NCBI GenBank assembly: GCA_016186365.1
Contig: JACPLT010000006.1
Span: forward strand, 12,049 to 76,048
From: Candidatus Pacearchaeota archaeon
GTDB taxonomy: Archaea; Nanobdellota; Nanobdellia; Pacearchaeales; GW2011-AR1
Reading direction: 5' to 3'
Length of the DNA stretch: 64,000 nucleotides
Shown here: positions 27,623 through 37,090 of the stretch, piece after piece
Position numbering within the stretch: position 1 is the first letter of the stretch
Layout of the letters: each line of letters starts with the position of its first letter
Notes under the pieces: generated by a model
Database searches by the model: none
What the model was told of the DNA's origin: nothing
The model's input: the letters and a program-made list of their open reading frames with translations, nothing else
Made by a program: the position numbers and the translations under genes

Positions 27623-28888
27623 TTATTCTTCTAATCTTTGATTAATCTCTCCGGAGAGATTTTCCTGCATCTTTTCTTTTATCTGGCTTTTCCAGTTTTT
27701 ATGCCCTAAAACATATCCGAGCTTGACATAAGCGGTTTCTGGGAGAGTGTCTTCCAGGAAAATAATTCCTGATTTCATCAGCTTTCTTCCTGGAGAGTAA
27801 ACATAGGGATTGACTCTTCCGTATAAGGTTTGGCTTGTAATACAGACAATAAGTCCGTTGTCAATCGCTTTTTTTATAGCTGGAAGAAGATTTTTTCTTG
27901 CTTCGTCTATTGCGAGGTGCCCTAATCCTGAAGCTTCAATTACAATCCCTTCATATTTTTGAGAGAGATAATCAAATATTTCAGGATTCATTCCTGGATA
28001 GAACTTTACAAGAGCTATTTTTTCATTAAAATTGGAATCTAGCTTAACTTTTTTGTTGTTATCCCTTTTGTTGTAAGAAGTTAGGGGTTCTATTCTGTCG
28101 GGATAAATTTTTGCGATTGGCATGGAATTAACTGGCTTGAAGGCGTCTCTTCTTGAGGAGTGCATTTTTCTTACTTTGTTTCCTTTTAATGCAAAACAAA
28201 AGTTGTCATTAGTTGAGCTGTGCCCTACTAACATCACTTCTGCTATTTCAGATATCGCGGCTCTTGCTGCGCATTGAAGATTTAAAGAAGCATCAGAACT
28301 TGCTCTATCAGAACTTCTTTGAGAATAGGTAAGAACAACCGGCTTGTTTATATCTTTTAGAAAAAAAGAGAGCGCGGCAGAGGTATAGTGAAGAAAGTCT
28401 GTTCCGTGTGTGATTATCACTCCTGAAATTTCGCTGTCATTCAGACTTTTTTCTGTTTCTTTTGCAATTTCCTGCCAGTCTTTTGCGTCCATATTTTCTG
28501 AAGCTTTCATAAAGGGGATTATTATTTTTCTTATGTTGACTATGTCAAACAATTCTGGGTAAAACTTGAAAAAATCATCGGCTGATGTCAGCCATGAAAC
28601 CCCTCCTGTTTTTGAATCTAATCTTGAAGAAATTGTTCCCCCTGTCATGATGATATCAATCTTAGGCAGGTTTTTATCTGGCTTAATCTCTCTTGCTTTT
28701 TTTTCAGGAGCAGGCTTTTTCTTTTCAATCTGCGCAATATTAATAATGTCTTCTTTTTTTATTCCAATATTATACCCTGATTTTAGCTTAATAAGAATAA
28801 TTTCTGGCTGATAGCTCTCTAATAAAGTTCCTTCTATTGTTTCTTTAGCAGTAGTTATTTTTATTTTATCCCCTGTTTCTGGTTCCAT
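27623..28888 (-). CDS. gatD: Glu-tRNA(Gln) amidotransferase subunit D
   Basis: Asparaginase-type motifs IIMTGGTISS and VIITHGTDFLHYT, with the N-terminal GatD extension. Confidence 0.9.
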   Translation of the reverse strand: MEPETGDKIKITTAKETIEGTLLESYQPEIILIKLKSGYNIGIKKEDIINIAQIEKKKPAPEKKAREIKPDKNLPKIDIIMTGGTISSRLDSKTGGVSWLTSADDFFKFYPELFDIVNIRKIIIPFMKASENMDAKDWQEIAKETEKSLNDSEISGVIITHGTDFLHYTSAALSFFLKDINKPVVLTYSQRSSDRASSDASLNLQCAARAAISEIAEVMLVGHSSTNDNFCFALKGNKVRKMHSSRRDAFKPVNSMPIAKIYPDRIEPLTSYNKRDNNKKVKLDSNFNEKIALVKFYPGMNPEIFDYLSQKYEGIVIEASGLGHLAIDEARKNLLPAIKKAIDNGLIVCITSQTLYGRVNPYVYSPGRKLMKSGIIFLEDTLPETAYVKLGYVLGHKNWKSQIKEKMQENLSGEINQRLEE

Positions 28889-28996
28889 AAATAGTGAAGA
28901 ATGAGATGATATAAAAAGTTATTTATTTGCTGAATAATTTTACATTTATATGCCCTTTTCTAAAGATTTAAAAGAGCTAAAGATATATGCTAATTT

Positions 28997-29335
28997 ATGC
29001 CAGTCCAGCAAATTGAGATAGAAAAGTTACAGCCTACAGATAATCTTAGAGTTGAGAGTTTTTCTTATCTTGTTCAACTGGCAGATGAAGAGCTGGATAA
29101 AATAGATGAAAAAGAGGGGCATCCTCAAGCGTGGCTTGTCGATGGAAAGATAATTATATCTGATGGAAATCAAAGAACAGCTGCGAGAGCTATGAAAGGA
29201 AAGAGAGTTGTTAATGTGGATTATCAGGGAGAGCTTCCCAGTTATTTGGCAGGTTTTGCAGAAGAGGTTTTAATAAGAAAAACAAGATTGCAGAAAAATG
29301 GAGTATATTCTTTTTTTGACTTGCTTGAATCCTAA
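28997..29335 (+). CDS. ParB/sulfiredoxin-fold (ParB N-terminal-like) domain protein
   Basis: IEIEKLQPTDN... and IIISDGNQRTAARAMKG resemble the ParB-N DGHHR/GxxRxxA core. Only 112 aa. Confidence 0.45.
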   Translation: MPVQQIEIEKLQPTDNLRVESFSYLVQLADEELDKIDEKEGHPQAWLVDGKIIISDGNQRTAARAMKGKRVVNVDYQGELPSYLAGFAEEVLIRKTRLQKNGVYSFFDLLES

Positions 29336-29404
29336 GTTATAAAAATAAAAAAATAAAGAAATTACCTTTGAGGTTTATTTTTGTTATTTGGGTTATTTAG
29401 AAAA

Positions 29405-31252
29405 TTATTCTTGTTTTTCTTCCCAGATACGAGCAGTTTTCATATCACAGAGTAATTTCGCTCCTTTTTTTCTCTTGTCTCCAATCCTCAAGACTCCTGG
29501 AATTATAGAAATCCAGCCGCTAAATTCTGGATTGTCAGGCCAGTATTCTTCAGGACGATACAGCATGAAGGCGGCATCTGCAACTTCAGGAATTCCTTTG
29601 CAATCAGAGAAATCTTCTATACCTCGAGGTTTTTTATTTTTTCTTTTTAATACTTCAAGTTTTAGCTGGGCATTCACTAAGACATCCACCCCCAAAGTTT
29701 CTGCAACATCCCTTTTTAATCTTTTTAATACTTCATAATAAATATCCGATTTATTTCCCTGATAAGGCACATATCCTGCAAAAGATTGCAACCCATCTAC
29801 AACTACTAAGTGTAAGTTAGGATTCATAACCTTTAATTCGTGGCTTCTGGCAACAATATACTCAATATCAGGTTTATTGGAATCAAATTCTATCTGAAGT
29901 TTTTTAACTTCTTCTGAAGCTAATTTTATTCTTTCTATTTCTTCTTGAGAGAGATTCCCACTTTCTACATCCCAATATCTGAATCTTTCAGTATCAATTC
30001 CTGCTCTTTTTGCTATCAACTTTTCAACTAACTCGCTAATAGAAGATTCATATGTAAAAAATAAACTGGATTTTCCCTGTGCTGACAATTTGTCTGCAAT
30101 ATTTAATACAAGAGTGGTCTTTCCCTGTTTAGTTGAGGCTCCGCACATTATTAATCGGTGACCCCTTACTCCATGAGTAATTCTATCTACTCCGTGGTAG
30201 CCTGTAGAAATATCTGGCTTGCCTTTTCTTTCAACTAATTTGTCAAAATCATCTATAACTGCTTCAACGCCTGAAGCAGCATCTCGCGATTTCTGAAATC
30301 TAAATGGAATTAATCTGGCTAACTCCATAGCTTTAACTCTTATCCATTCAGTCATAGATTGGTTTGGCGAGGGAACTTTTTCATCTGGGTTTCTTTCGTA
30401 TGCCGCATCTCTACAGAGAGTTTTTGAATATACTATAATTTCTCTTCTTAGAAAACAGTTTTCTACCTGCCTAAAATATTCTGACACATTTTCTGGTTTA
30501 CCGGAGTTTTTAGCTTCTTGAACTAATTCTTGTAAATAAAATCTCCCCCCCACTTTCTCAAGCACCCCCTTTGCAGCAAGCCAGTCTTGTAAAGTAGTCA
30601 AATCGAGTTTGCTTCCTAATGCAATTATTCCATTGCAGATGTCTTGATGAGCAATTTTGTACAGTGCTAGATAAAGGTATTTTAAATTAACTTCTTTTCT
30701 TGCTTCAGGGTGATTAATTAAAGTTCCTAATAAAACCATCTCAGCTGAGGGATTATGGGGCGGGACTACATCATAATAAGGACCTTCTTTAGAGTCGCGC
30801 CTAACCCCTGTCCCTCTAGCCATTTCTCTGAAATTATCTTCCAGATCTTTTTCTTCTAATCTCCCCAATAATTCGCGATTTTCTGCCATTAATAAAGCAT
30901 AAGCCTGCCGTGCGTCTTTCATAGTTTTTCTTAACTCTGCAACCCGCGCTTTTGCATAATCCAAATTATTTTGCAACATTTTTTCGGCATCAGGAATGTA
31001 TCCTTCTGTATTTTTTGTTTCTTCTAAAAGAATTCCAAAATCTTCGCCACTTTTGTCTGTATCCCATGTATTAGGATTCCAACTCTCAATTCTTTTCCCA
31101 TTGTATTCATGAGCTCTTTCAGAACTAACAAAAGTATTCACAAACATTTCTAAATCTTCAGCCGATGGATTATAATAAAAAGGCTGTCTTTCTGCCGTTT
31201 CTATTTCTTCTTTTGTTAATTCTTCCCGTTTTTTTAGTATTCTTTCTGTCAT
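29405..31252 (-). CDS. DnaB-family (bacterial/phage-type) replicative helicase with ~170-aa N-terminal extension
   Basis: DnaB-N-like PPHNPSAEMVLLGTLINHPEA...GGRFYLQELV. RecA-like core with Walker A CGASTKQGKTTLVLNIA and Walker B LHLVVVDGLQ. ATG 31252 is preferred to TTG 31276. Confidence 0.8.
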   Translation of the reverse strand: MTERILKKREELTKEEIETAERQPFYYNPSAEDLEMFVNTFVSSERAHEYNGKRIESWNPNTWDTDKSGEDFGILLEETKNTEGYIPDAEKMLQNNLDYAKARVAELRKTMKDARQAYALLMAENRELLGRLEEKDLEDNFREMARGTGVRRDSKEGPYYDVVPPHNPSAEMVLLGTLINHPEARKEVNLKYLYLALYKIAHQDICNGIIALGSKLDLTTLQDWLAAKGVLEKVGGRFYLQELVQEAKNSGKPENVSEYFRQVENCFLRREIIVYSKTLCRDAAYERNPDEKVPSPNQSMTEWIRVKAMELARLIPFRFQKSRDAASGVEAVIDDFDKLVERKGKPDISTGYHGVDRITHGVRGHRLIMCGASTKQGKTTLVLNIADKLSAQGKSSLFFTYESSISELVEKLIAKRAGIDTERFRYWDVESGNLSQEEIERIKLASEEVKKLQIEFDSNKPDIEYIVARSHELKVMNPNLHLVVVDGLQSFAGYVPYQGNKSDIYYEVLKRLKRDVAETLGVDVLVNAQLKLEVLKRKNKKPRGIEDFSDCKGIPEVADAAFMLYRPEEYWPDNPEFSGWISIIPGVLRIGDKRKKGAKLLCDMKTARIWEEKQE

Positions 31253-31386
31253 GCTAATTTTCTTGAGAACTCTCAAGGCGAATTTACCACCTCTAATCTC
31301 TTGGGTTCTTTGTGTTTATAAAAATATGTGCGTTCTATTTCGCATAAAACCTCAAAGAATAAAAACCCCAAATTCTAACTATAATT

Positions 31387-32781
31387 ATGCAGGAAATAAA
31401 AGTAGGATTAGAGATACACGGATATCTGAATACAAAAGAGAAGCTGTTTTGCCGATGCAAAGCAGTGAGGCATAGCTTAAAAAAAGAGATAAAGGAAAAC
31501 AGCTTTGTCTGCCCGATATGCACTGGACAGCCAGGAAGCAAGCCAATGCTCCCTAATTCTTCAGCTATAGCCAGAGTAGTCGAAATTGCTTTAATGCTCA
31601 ATTCTGAAGTTAATCTTTATGATTCTGGAAAAGAGTTAGTATGGAACAGAAAACATTACAGCTGGCCTGACTTGCCTAAGGGCTATCAAAATACAATTTC
31701 AGGGGCTTATTCTGTTCCAGTGGCTGAAAAAGGGAAATTTGAAGGAATCAAGATAAGAGAGATTCATTTAGAGGAAGACCCTGCTCAATGGAATCCTGAA
31801 ACTGGAGGTATAGATTATAACAGGAGCGGACTTCCTTTAGTTGAAATTGTTACTGAGCCAGATTTTGATTCTCCTGATAAAGTTGTTGACTGGCTTAAAA
31901 AATTAGTTTTAACTCTGTCATATATTAAAGCAGTTGATAAAAATGCAGGGATCAAAGTAGATGTGAATATCTCAACTAAAAAAACAGATTTTAAAGAAAG
32001 AGTAGAAATAAAGAATCTTAGCAGTCTTGAAAATATAAGAAAAGCAATTGAATTTGAAGCTAAAAGACAGGAAACTGAAAAGACAGGAAAAGAGACGAGA
32101 AGATATGATGAAAAAAATGAAAGGACAATAAAAATGAGAGATAAGGAGGGGGCAGAAGATTACAGATTTATTCCTGACCCTGATTTGCCTATTATCAAGA
32201 TTAGAAAGAGTGAAATTGAAAAACTAAAAAAAGCGCTTCCTGAATCTCCGCAGGAAAAACTTGATAAATTAATTAAAAAACATAAAATTGGAGAAAAAGA
32301 TGCGTCAGTTTTATCACAAAATATTGAAGTTGTTGAATTTTTTGAGAAAGTTATTGAAAAAGTTAATCCCAGATTTGCACTTCCATGGGTTAATGTTGAA
32401 CTGATGCGAGTTCTTAACTGGAACAAGAAAACTCTTGATGAAGTAGAAATAATGCCTGAACATTTTATTGAATTATTGCAGTTAGTGGAAAGCAAAAAAC
32501 TTACTGAACTTAAAGCAAAAAGCATACTAAATGAGTTTATTCCAAAATCTTTTTCTGTAAAAGAAAGAATGAAGGAATTTGGAAAAATTGCAGATATGGG
32601 GGAGATAGAGAAAATCTGCGGGGATGTTGTTAAAAATAATGTTCAAGCTGTTCAGGATTATCTCTCTGGAAAAGAAGAATCTCTTAACTTTTTAATTGGA
32701 GAGGTTATGAAAAAGAGCAATAGAAGAGCAGATTATAAAACTGCTAAAGAAATACTCAAAAAAATAATAAATAATAAATAA
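31387..32781 (+). CDS. gatB: Asp/Glu-tRNA amidotransferase subunit B
   Basis: GLEIHGYLNT, CPICTGQPGSKPMLN, DYNRSGLPLVEIVTEPD, plus a C-terminal YqeY-like tail. Confidence 0.85.
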   Translation: MQEIKVGLEIHGYLNTKEKLFCRCKAVRHSLKKEIKENSFVCPICTGQPGSKPMLPNSSAIARVVEIALMLNSEVNLYDSGKELVWNRKHYSWPDLPKGYQNTISGAYSVPVAEKGKFEGIKIREIHLEEDPAQWNPETGGIDYNRSGLPLVEIVTEPDFDSPDKVVDWLKKLVLTLSYIKAVDKNAGIKVDVNISTKKTDFKERVEIKNLSSLENIRKAIEFEAKRQETEKTGKETRRYDEKNERTIKMRDKEGAEDYRFIPDPDLPIIKIRKSEIEKLKKALPESPQEKLDKLIKKHKIGEKDASVLSQNIEVVEFFEKVIEKVNPRFALPWVNVELMRVLNWNKKTLDEVEIMPEHFIELLQLVESKKLTELKAKSILNEFIPKSFSVKERMKEFGKIADMGEIEKICGDVVKNNVQAVQDYLSGKEESLNFLIGEVMKKSNRRADYKTAKEILKKIINNK

Positions 32782-33114
32782 TTATTTTTTAGTTTCTGCA
32801 ACTTCTATCCTTATCCCTCCGAAGTATTTTGCCAGCAAATTATATATAATTGCTATTAACAGCCCCCATACTAACCCTATCAGTGCGTATTCTGCAATAA
32901 TTATTAGTGCTCCTGCGAAATTAAAGCTTGAAAGCGTCTGCAAATATGCCATGCTTTGATACTGAGGATTATTGGCTATCTCTGCCAGCGGAATAGATGA
33001 TGCAACTACTTTTTTTAGCACAAGCAGTATAATATCTGTCAGTATTCCGGTTATCAATCCAAATAAAAGGGATAGTTTTGCCAGACTCCAGATTTTTACT
33101 TTTTTTATTTCCAT
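32782..33114 (-). CDS. small three-TM membrane protein
   Basis: 110-aa hydrophobic ORF ending ...AKYFGGIRIEVAE. Confidence 0.5.
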   Translation of the reverse strand: MEIKKVKIWSLAKLSLLFGLITGILTDIILLVLKKVVASSIPLAEIANNPQYQSMAYLQTLSSFNFAGALIIIAEYALIGLVWGLLIAIIYNLLAKYFGGIRIEVAETKK

Positions 33115-33210
33115 CTTAAAATTTTGTTTTTTCCTCCTTTTATTATACTTATAGTTGAATCTGGTTTTTAAATATATTGTTAAAAAAGATAAAAAAGTTA
33201 AAATAAAAAA

Positions 33211-33951
33211 TTATTTCAAGCTGAATGTAACCATAACATTCCCTATAATTTCCTGCTCTCCTGGCTGTATGTTTGTTGAGGCTGATTTTGCTAAAGTTCC
33301 TGCTTCTGCAACATCCATTGCTGAATTTTCGTATGCTCTCCAAGGATAGTAGTTAAAGCTCGATTCTGAAACAGATACGATGTCTCCTACTTTTTTTCCT
33401 GCTCCTGAAGCTATTGCTTCTGCTTTTGTTCTCGCATCTATTGTGGCTTTTTCTAAAGCAAGAGCTTTATACTGGGATTGCAATTCATCACTAAGCTCAA
33501 AGGCTATGTAGCTTATTAGGGCGCCGGAATCAACTCCTGCATCAATTACATCCCCTATTTTGCTTGTATCGGAAGCAGGCATTTTAACTTTTATGTTATG
33601 ATTCGTAATGTATCCCTTTAGTCTCTGATTCCCATTGTTCCAATCATATTCAGGATAGACATTAAAGTTTTCTGTTATAATATCTTTTCTTTCAAATCCT
33701 ATTTTTATCAGACTTGTAATCATATCATCAGTTATCTTGCTGTTTTTGTCTCTGGCGTCTGTTGCACTGTCTCCTCTTGTCTGGACATTAAAATAGGCAG
33801 TTACTATATCTGGTGTGGCTCTTATAGTAGATTGTCCTTGAACAGAGATGTTATCTCTGGGATTTACTTGCTGATAAAAAATCATTCCCAATAAGGCTAG
33901 GCCAATTATGGTAGCAGCAATTATTAGTGTTATTTTTATTGAGTTTTCCAT
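33211..33951 (-). CDS. SIMPL/DUF541-family secreted protein
   Basis: N-terminal TM, then ISVQGQSTIRATPDIVTAYFNVQT and LKGYITNHNIKVKM, typical of SIMPL. Confidence 0.7.
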   Translation of the reverse strand: MENSIKITLIIAATIIGLALLGMIFYQQVNPRDNISVQGQSTIRATPDIVTAYFNVQTRGDSATDARDKNSKITDDMITSLIKIGFERKDIITENFNVYPEYDWNNGNQRLKGYITNHNIKVKMPASDTSKIGDVIDAGVDSGALISYIAFELSDELQSQYKALALEKATIDARTKAEAIASGAGKKVGDIVSVSESSFNYYPWRAYENSAMDVAEAGTLAKSASTNIQPGEQEIIGNVMVTFSLK

Positions 33952-33953
33952 TT

Positions 33954-34511
33954 TTACCTCCTTTCATTTTTTAAAAAATTTATTATGAAAAATATCACTA
34001 TTCCCAGCCAGACAGCTATTAAAAATACATTTATGATTGATGTTTGATTTGATGCAACAGGAATTGCAGCTTCTGCATAACCTCTCATTATTTCTGCAGA
34101 TTTCTGCTCTAAACTATCTGGAACAGTATTTTTTACTTTTTCATACCATAAGATAAAGAATGTGAATATTGCCGAGACAATAAATACAGGGATAAAACTT
34201 TTTATTTTATTCTGTGATTTTTTTGGAGAGATGACTATATATTTGTTAGAAATCTTATACATTGGAATCTTTTTTCCTTTGACACTCCACCAGTGGCTTG
34301 TTTTTTCTATAAATCCGGCCTCTAACAGCTTTTTTATATTATATTCTGCGGTGTTTATCGGCATTTTTAATTCTATAGAGATATCTGTTTCAGAAGCTTC
34401 TTTTTCTGCCAGCATATCTAATATTCTTTTGCAGCTTTTATTCCCCAATATTTCTGATATCTTCCTTGCTCTTTCGTCTTCTAGCGAGACTAGAATGTAT
34501 TTTTCTTCCAT
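33954..34511 (-). CDS. ArsR-type wHTH regulator with C-terminal TM segments
   Basis: RKISEILGNKSCKRILDMLAEKEASETDISIELKMPINTAEYNIKKLLEAGFI, plus two C-terminal hydrophobic helices. Confidence 0.7.
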   Translation of the reverse strand: MEEKYILVSLEDERARKISEILGNKSCKRILDMLAEKEASETDISIELKMPINTAEYNIKKLLEAGFIEKTSHWWSVKGKKIPMYKISNKYIVISPKKSQNKIKSFIPVFIVSAIFTFFILWYEKVKNTVPDSLEQKSAEIMRGYAEAAIPVASNQTSIINVFLIAVWLGIVIFFIINFLKNERR

Positions 34512-34569
34512 ATTAAGTTATAGTGTTGGGTATTTATAAACAATTAGTTAGCTTCAATCTCAATTGAAG

Positions 34570-35682
34570 CTATAATATCTCGTAGATAATTCCTAAGATG
34601 AACATTATTATCAGCACTATTTTTATTAAAAGGGGAATTTTTATTTTATATTCGGGTTTTCTTTCTAGTTTTCTATTCTTTATTTTTTCGTGAACTATAA
34701 GGATAGTTATCGCCAGCAATCCTCCAGATATTGCCCCGCCAAACCCGAGAATTTTTACAAAACCTGAAAGATTAAAGATAGTTATGAGCAAGAAAAATAT
34801 CAGCGGAAATATGTTTGTTAATATCCCGGAGGTTCTTGAGGAAAGAGAGAAATCCAGCTTAAAGGTATCTTTTAGAGCCAGACTTAAAGCAAGAAACGCA
34901 GTGAACATTGTGAATATTCCTAGAATAGCAGAAATTCTTCCTAAAGAAAGTGTGGCTATCTCATTTACATTCTCTCCATGTATCCCCAGGATGATTATCA
35001 CAAATAAAGTATAGACAAATAGGGGGATTAGGCTGCCGATTATAATTGATTTTTTCATCAGCTTCTCATTTTTTTGCAGTACTTTCCTTATTTCTGGAAT
35101 TGAAGAGGTGCCTAAAAAAGAGAATAATACCGCCCCAAATGGGAGAAGAAGATATTCGTAATTTGCGTAGCTTAAATTAGATATTTCTATTTTGTTAAAC
35201 ATATAGAGGCCTATCCCTAAAGAGAAGAGCAGTATTGCTATGACTCCTATTGGCTCTATTTTTTTAAATAGTCTTATGCTACTCATGTTGATTATTGCTA
35301 CAATTAAAAAGAAAATTATTCCTGCGGCAAGTTCGAAATTTTCATTTCCCAATAATAAGAAGCTTAAACTTCTTCCCTCTCCAAGCAGATAGGCAGTTAA
35401 GCCTGCATAAAATCCGACTATAGAAGATATAAATACAATTATTTTTGTTTTTCTTCCTAAATATTTTGAAGCATATCCTGGAAGCTGATGGATAGTTTTT
35501 GATGAAAGAGCAATTTCCCCTATTGTTAAGTTAATTATCATCATAATTATAGAGAGCAATATCATCCAGAATAATCCTATTACCAATCCTGATTTGGACA
35601 TCACATAAGGCAGGCTTAAGAAACCTGCACCGATTATAGTTCCTGTCAGTGTGGATACTGCCAGAAAAGTTTTGTTTTTCAT
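34570..35682 (-). CDS. amino-acid permease (aromatic amino acid/AAAP-like family)
   Basis: About 11 TM segments. N-terminus FLAVSTLTGTIIGAGFLSLPYVMSKSG. Confidence 0.7.
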   Translation of the reverse strand: MKNKTFLAVSTLTGTIIGAGFLSLPYVMSKSGLVIGLFWMILLSIIMMIINLTIGEIALSSKTIHQLPGYASKYLGRKTKIIVFISSIVGFYAGLTAYLLGEGRSLSFLLLGNENFELAAGIIFFLIVAIINMSSIRLFKKIEPIGVIAILLFSLGIGLYMFNKIEISNLSYANYEYLLLPFGAVLFSFLGTSSIPEIRKVLQKNEKLMKKSIIIGSLIPLFVYTLFVIIILGIHGENVNEIATLSLGRISAILGIFTMFTAFLALSLALKDTFKLDFSLSSRTSGILTNIFPLIFFLLITIFNLSGFVKILGFGGAISGGLLAITILIVHEKIKNRKLERKPEYKIKIPLLIKIVLIIMFILGIIYEIL

Positions 35683-35736
35683 GTTCCTCTTTTTATTATT
35701 AAGATTAAGCAGATTTTTAAAGTTTGAGATATTAAG

Positions 35737-35870
35737 AATATCAAGAAAACCCTGAGTATATCATACCTTAAAAGGTGCGGTTTGTTTTGGGTTTTCTGGA
35801 TGCTCAGAAAAGGACATTTGTTCACAAATGTCTGCAAAACTCAGAAGAGGTATTTACTTTTCTGACATCA
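35737..35870. repeat. double-hairpin repeat unit (copy D) abutting tRNA 5' end
   Basis: ATCAAGAAAACCC..GGGTTTTCTGGATGCTCAGAAAAG..CTTTTCTGACATC uses the same scaffold as the 6710/6806 units. Confidence 0.6.
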
Positions 35871-35872
35871 CA

Positions 35873-36009
35873 GGGCCTATAACTCAACCTGGATAGAGTA
35901 CTCGGCTTCGGAGGTAAGGAACCAAGGTTTCTTAACCATCAACCTCCTTTAATTGGGAGATAAAATGAGAAGCAACCGGGGAATGAGGGTTCAAATCCTT
36001 CTAGGCCCG
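35873..36009 (+). tRNA. tRNA-Arg(UCG) with 63-nt intron at 37/38 (intron 35912..35974)
   Basis: Acceptor GGGCCTA/TAGGCCC. T-arm GAGGG-TTCAAAT-CCTTC. Anticodon stem CTCGG/CCGGG. Loop CTTCGG|A. Exon/intron pairing GGAGGT..ACCTCC. Mature length 74 nt. Confidence 0.75.
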
Positions 36010-36022
36010 CTTATATAGAATT

Positions 36023-36841
36023 TTGAATTTCATAAAGATTAAAAATGAAACTTTCTTTGGGACTATATATTATTTTTCTGTTAAAATAAAAAATGTTGAA
36101 AATTCAGTTATAAGTGTGAGTGATAATTTAAACAATAAAATTGAGTTAAATGATAAAAATATGCAGAGCAAGATTAATTCTTTGACTGAAGCGATAAATT
36201 CGCTCTCTATGAACCAGAGCGATTTGAAAACTCAAATAGGGCAGATTAAAGCGACAACGAGTGCAGATTTTTCCGGTATAATTGAGCAGGATATTAAGGG
36301 AGTCGTTACAATAAAAACTGATGCTGCCCAGGGGACAGGATTTATTTTAACTGAAGATGGATATATTGTTACTAATGCTCATGTTTTGTCTGGCGCAAGA
36401 TATGCCAATATTTATACCTATGATAATAATAGATATTCTGCATCTCTTGTAGGGTATGATAGTGAGATAGATATAGCTTTATTAAAAGTTTCTGGAGAAT
36501 TTTTCAAGCTGATCTTGGGAAATTCTGATGAAGTTAGAATAGGAGAAAAAGTTATAGCCATAGGAAACCCTTTAGGATTGAGCTTTACTGCAACAGAGGG
36601 GATTATCAGCGCGAGAGAAAGAGAGGGAGATAATGGGCTTCCTTATTATTTTCAGACAGATGTTTCTCTTAATCCTGGGAATTCAGGAGGACCATTAATA
36701 AATACAAAAGGAGAGGTTATTGGAATAAATAACTTTAAAATATCTGGAGCGGAGAATATAGGGTTTGCTTTGGAGAGCAAGTATATTGAGCAGACAATTG
36801 ATGACATTTCTTTGAGAGAGTTGAATATGACTATTATTTAG
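36023..36841 (+). CDS. trypsin-like serine protease (S1C/HtrA-like, no PDZ)
   Basis: GTGFILTEDGYIVTNAHV (His), DIALLKV (Asp), GNSGGPLIN (Ser). The start is uncertain: a TTG 14 nt after the tRNA, with no signal peptide or TM seen. Confidence 0.8.
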   Translation: MNFIKIKNETFFGTIYYFSVKIKNVENSVISVSDNLNNKIELNDKNMQSKINSLTEAINSLSMNQSDLKTQIGQIKATTSADFSGIIEQDIKGVVTIKTDAAQGTGFILTEDGYIVTNAHVLSGARYANIYTYDNNRYSASLVGYDSEIDIALLKVSGEFFKLILGNSDEVRIGEKVIAIGNPLGLSFTATEGIISAREREGDNGLPYYFQTDVSLNPGNSGGPLINTKGEVIGINNFKISGAENIGFALESKYIEQTIDDISLRELNMTII

Positions 36842-36864
36842 TCTAAATTTTTCTTTATGTCCAT

Positions 36865-37081
36865 AGATTTAAAACTGCACCATTTATGGTGCGATTGTAA
36901 CTTTAAGGTTTTAAATCTTGGATCACAAGAAAATTGCTGTTGATTTTTGCAATTTTCTGTGCCCGGAAACCTAGGGTTTCCTTGGCATCCTAAAAACCCC
37001 ACGAACAATTCCTATCTTTTAAGACTTCAGAAATTTATAATTTCTGACAGTGCTCAGAAATCCATAAAGGGTTTCTGACAT
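36865..37081. repeat. train of six hairpins including TCAGAAA..TTTCTGA modules (copy F)
   Basis: AGATTTAAAAC/GTTTTAAATCT, GCACCA/TGGTGC, CACAAGAAAATTGC/GCAATTTTCTGTG, GGAAACC/GGTTTCC, TCAGAAATT/AATTTCTGA, TCAGAAATCC/GGGTTTCTGA. Confidence 0.6.
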
Positions 37082-37090
37082 GGGGTAAAA

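Noticed and set aside
29388-29738. ORFs overlapping the DnaB-like gene and its flanks (29388..29738, 31251..31475, 31335..31601)
   Set aside because: They are antisense or overlapping shadows of the helicase and gatB starts. They have no motifs or start context.
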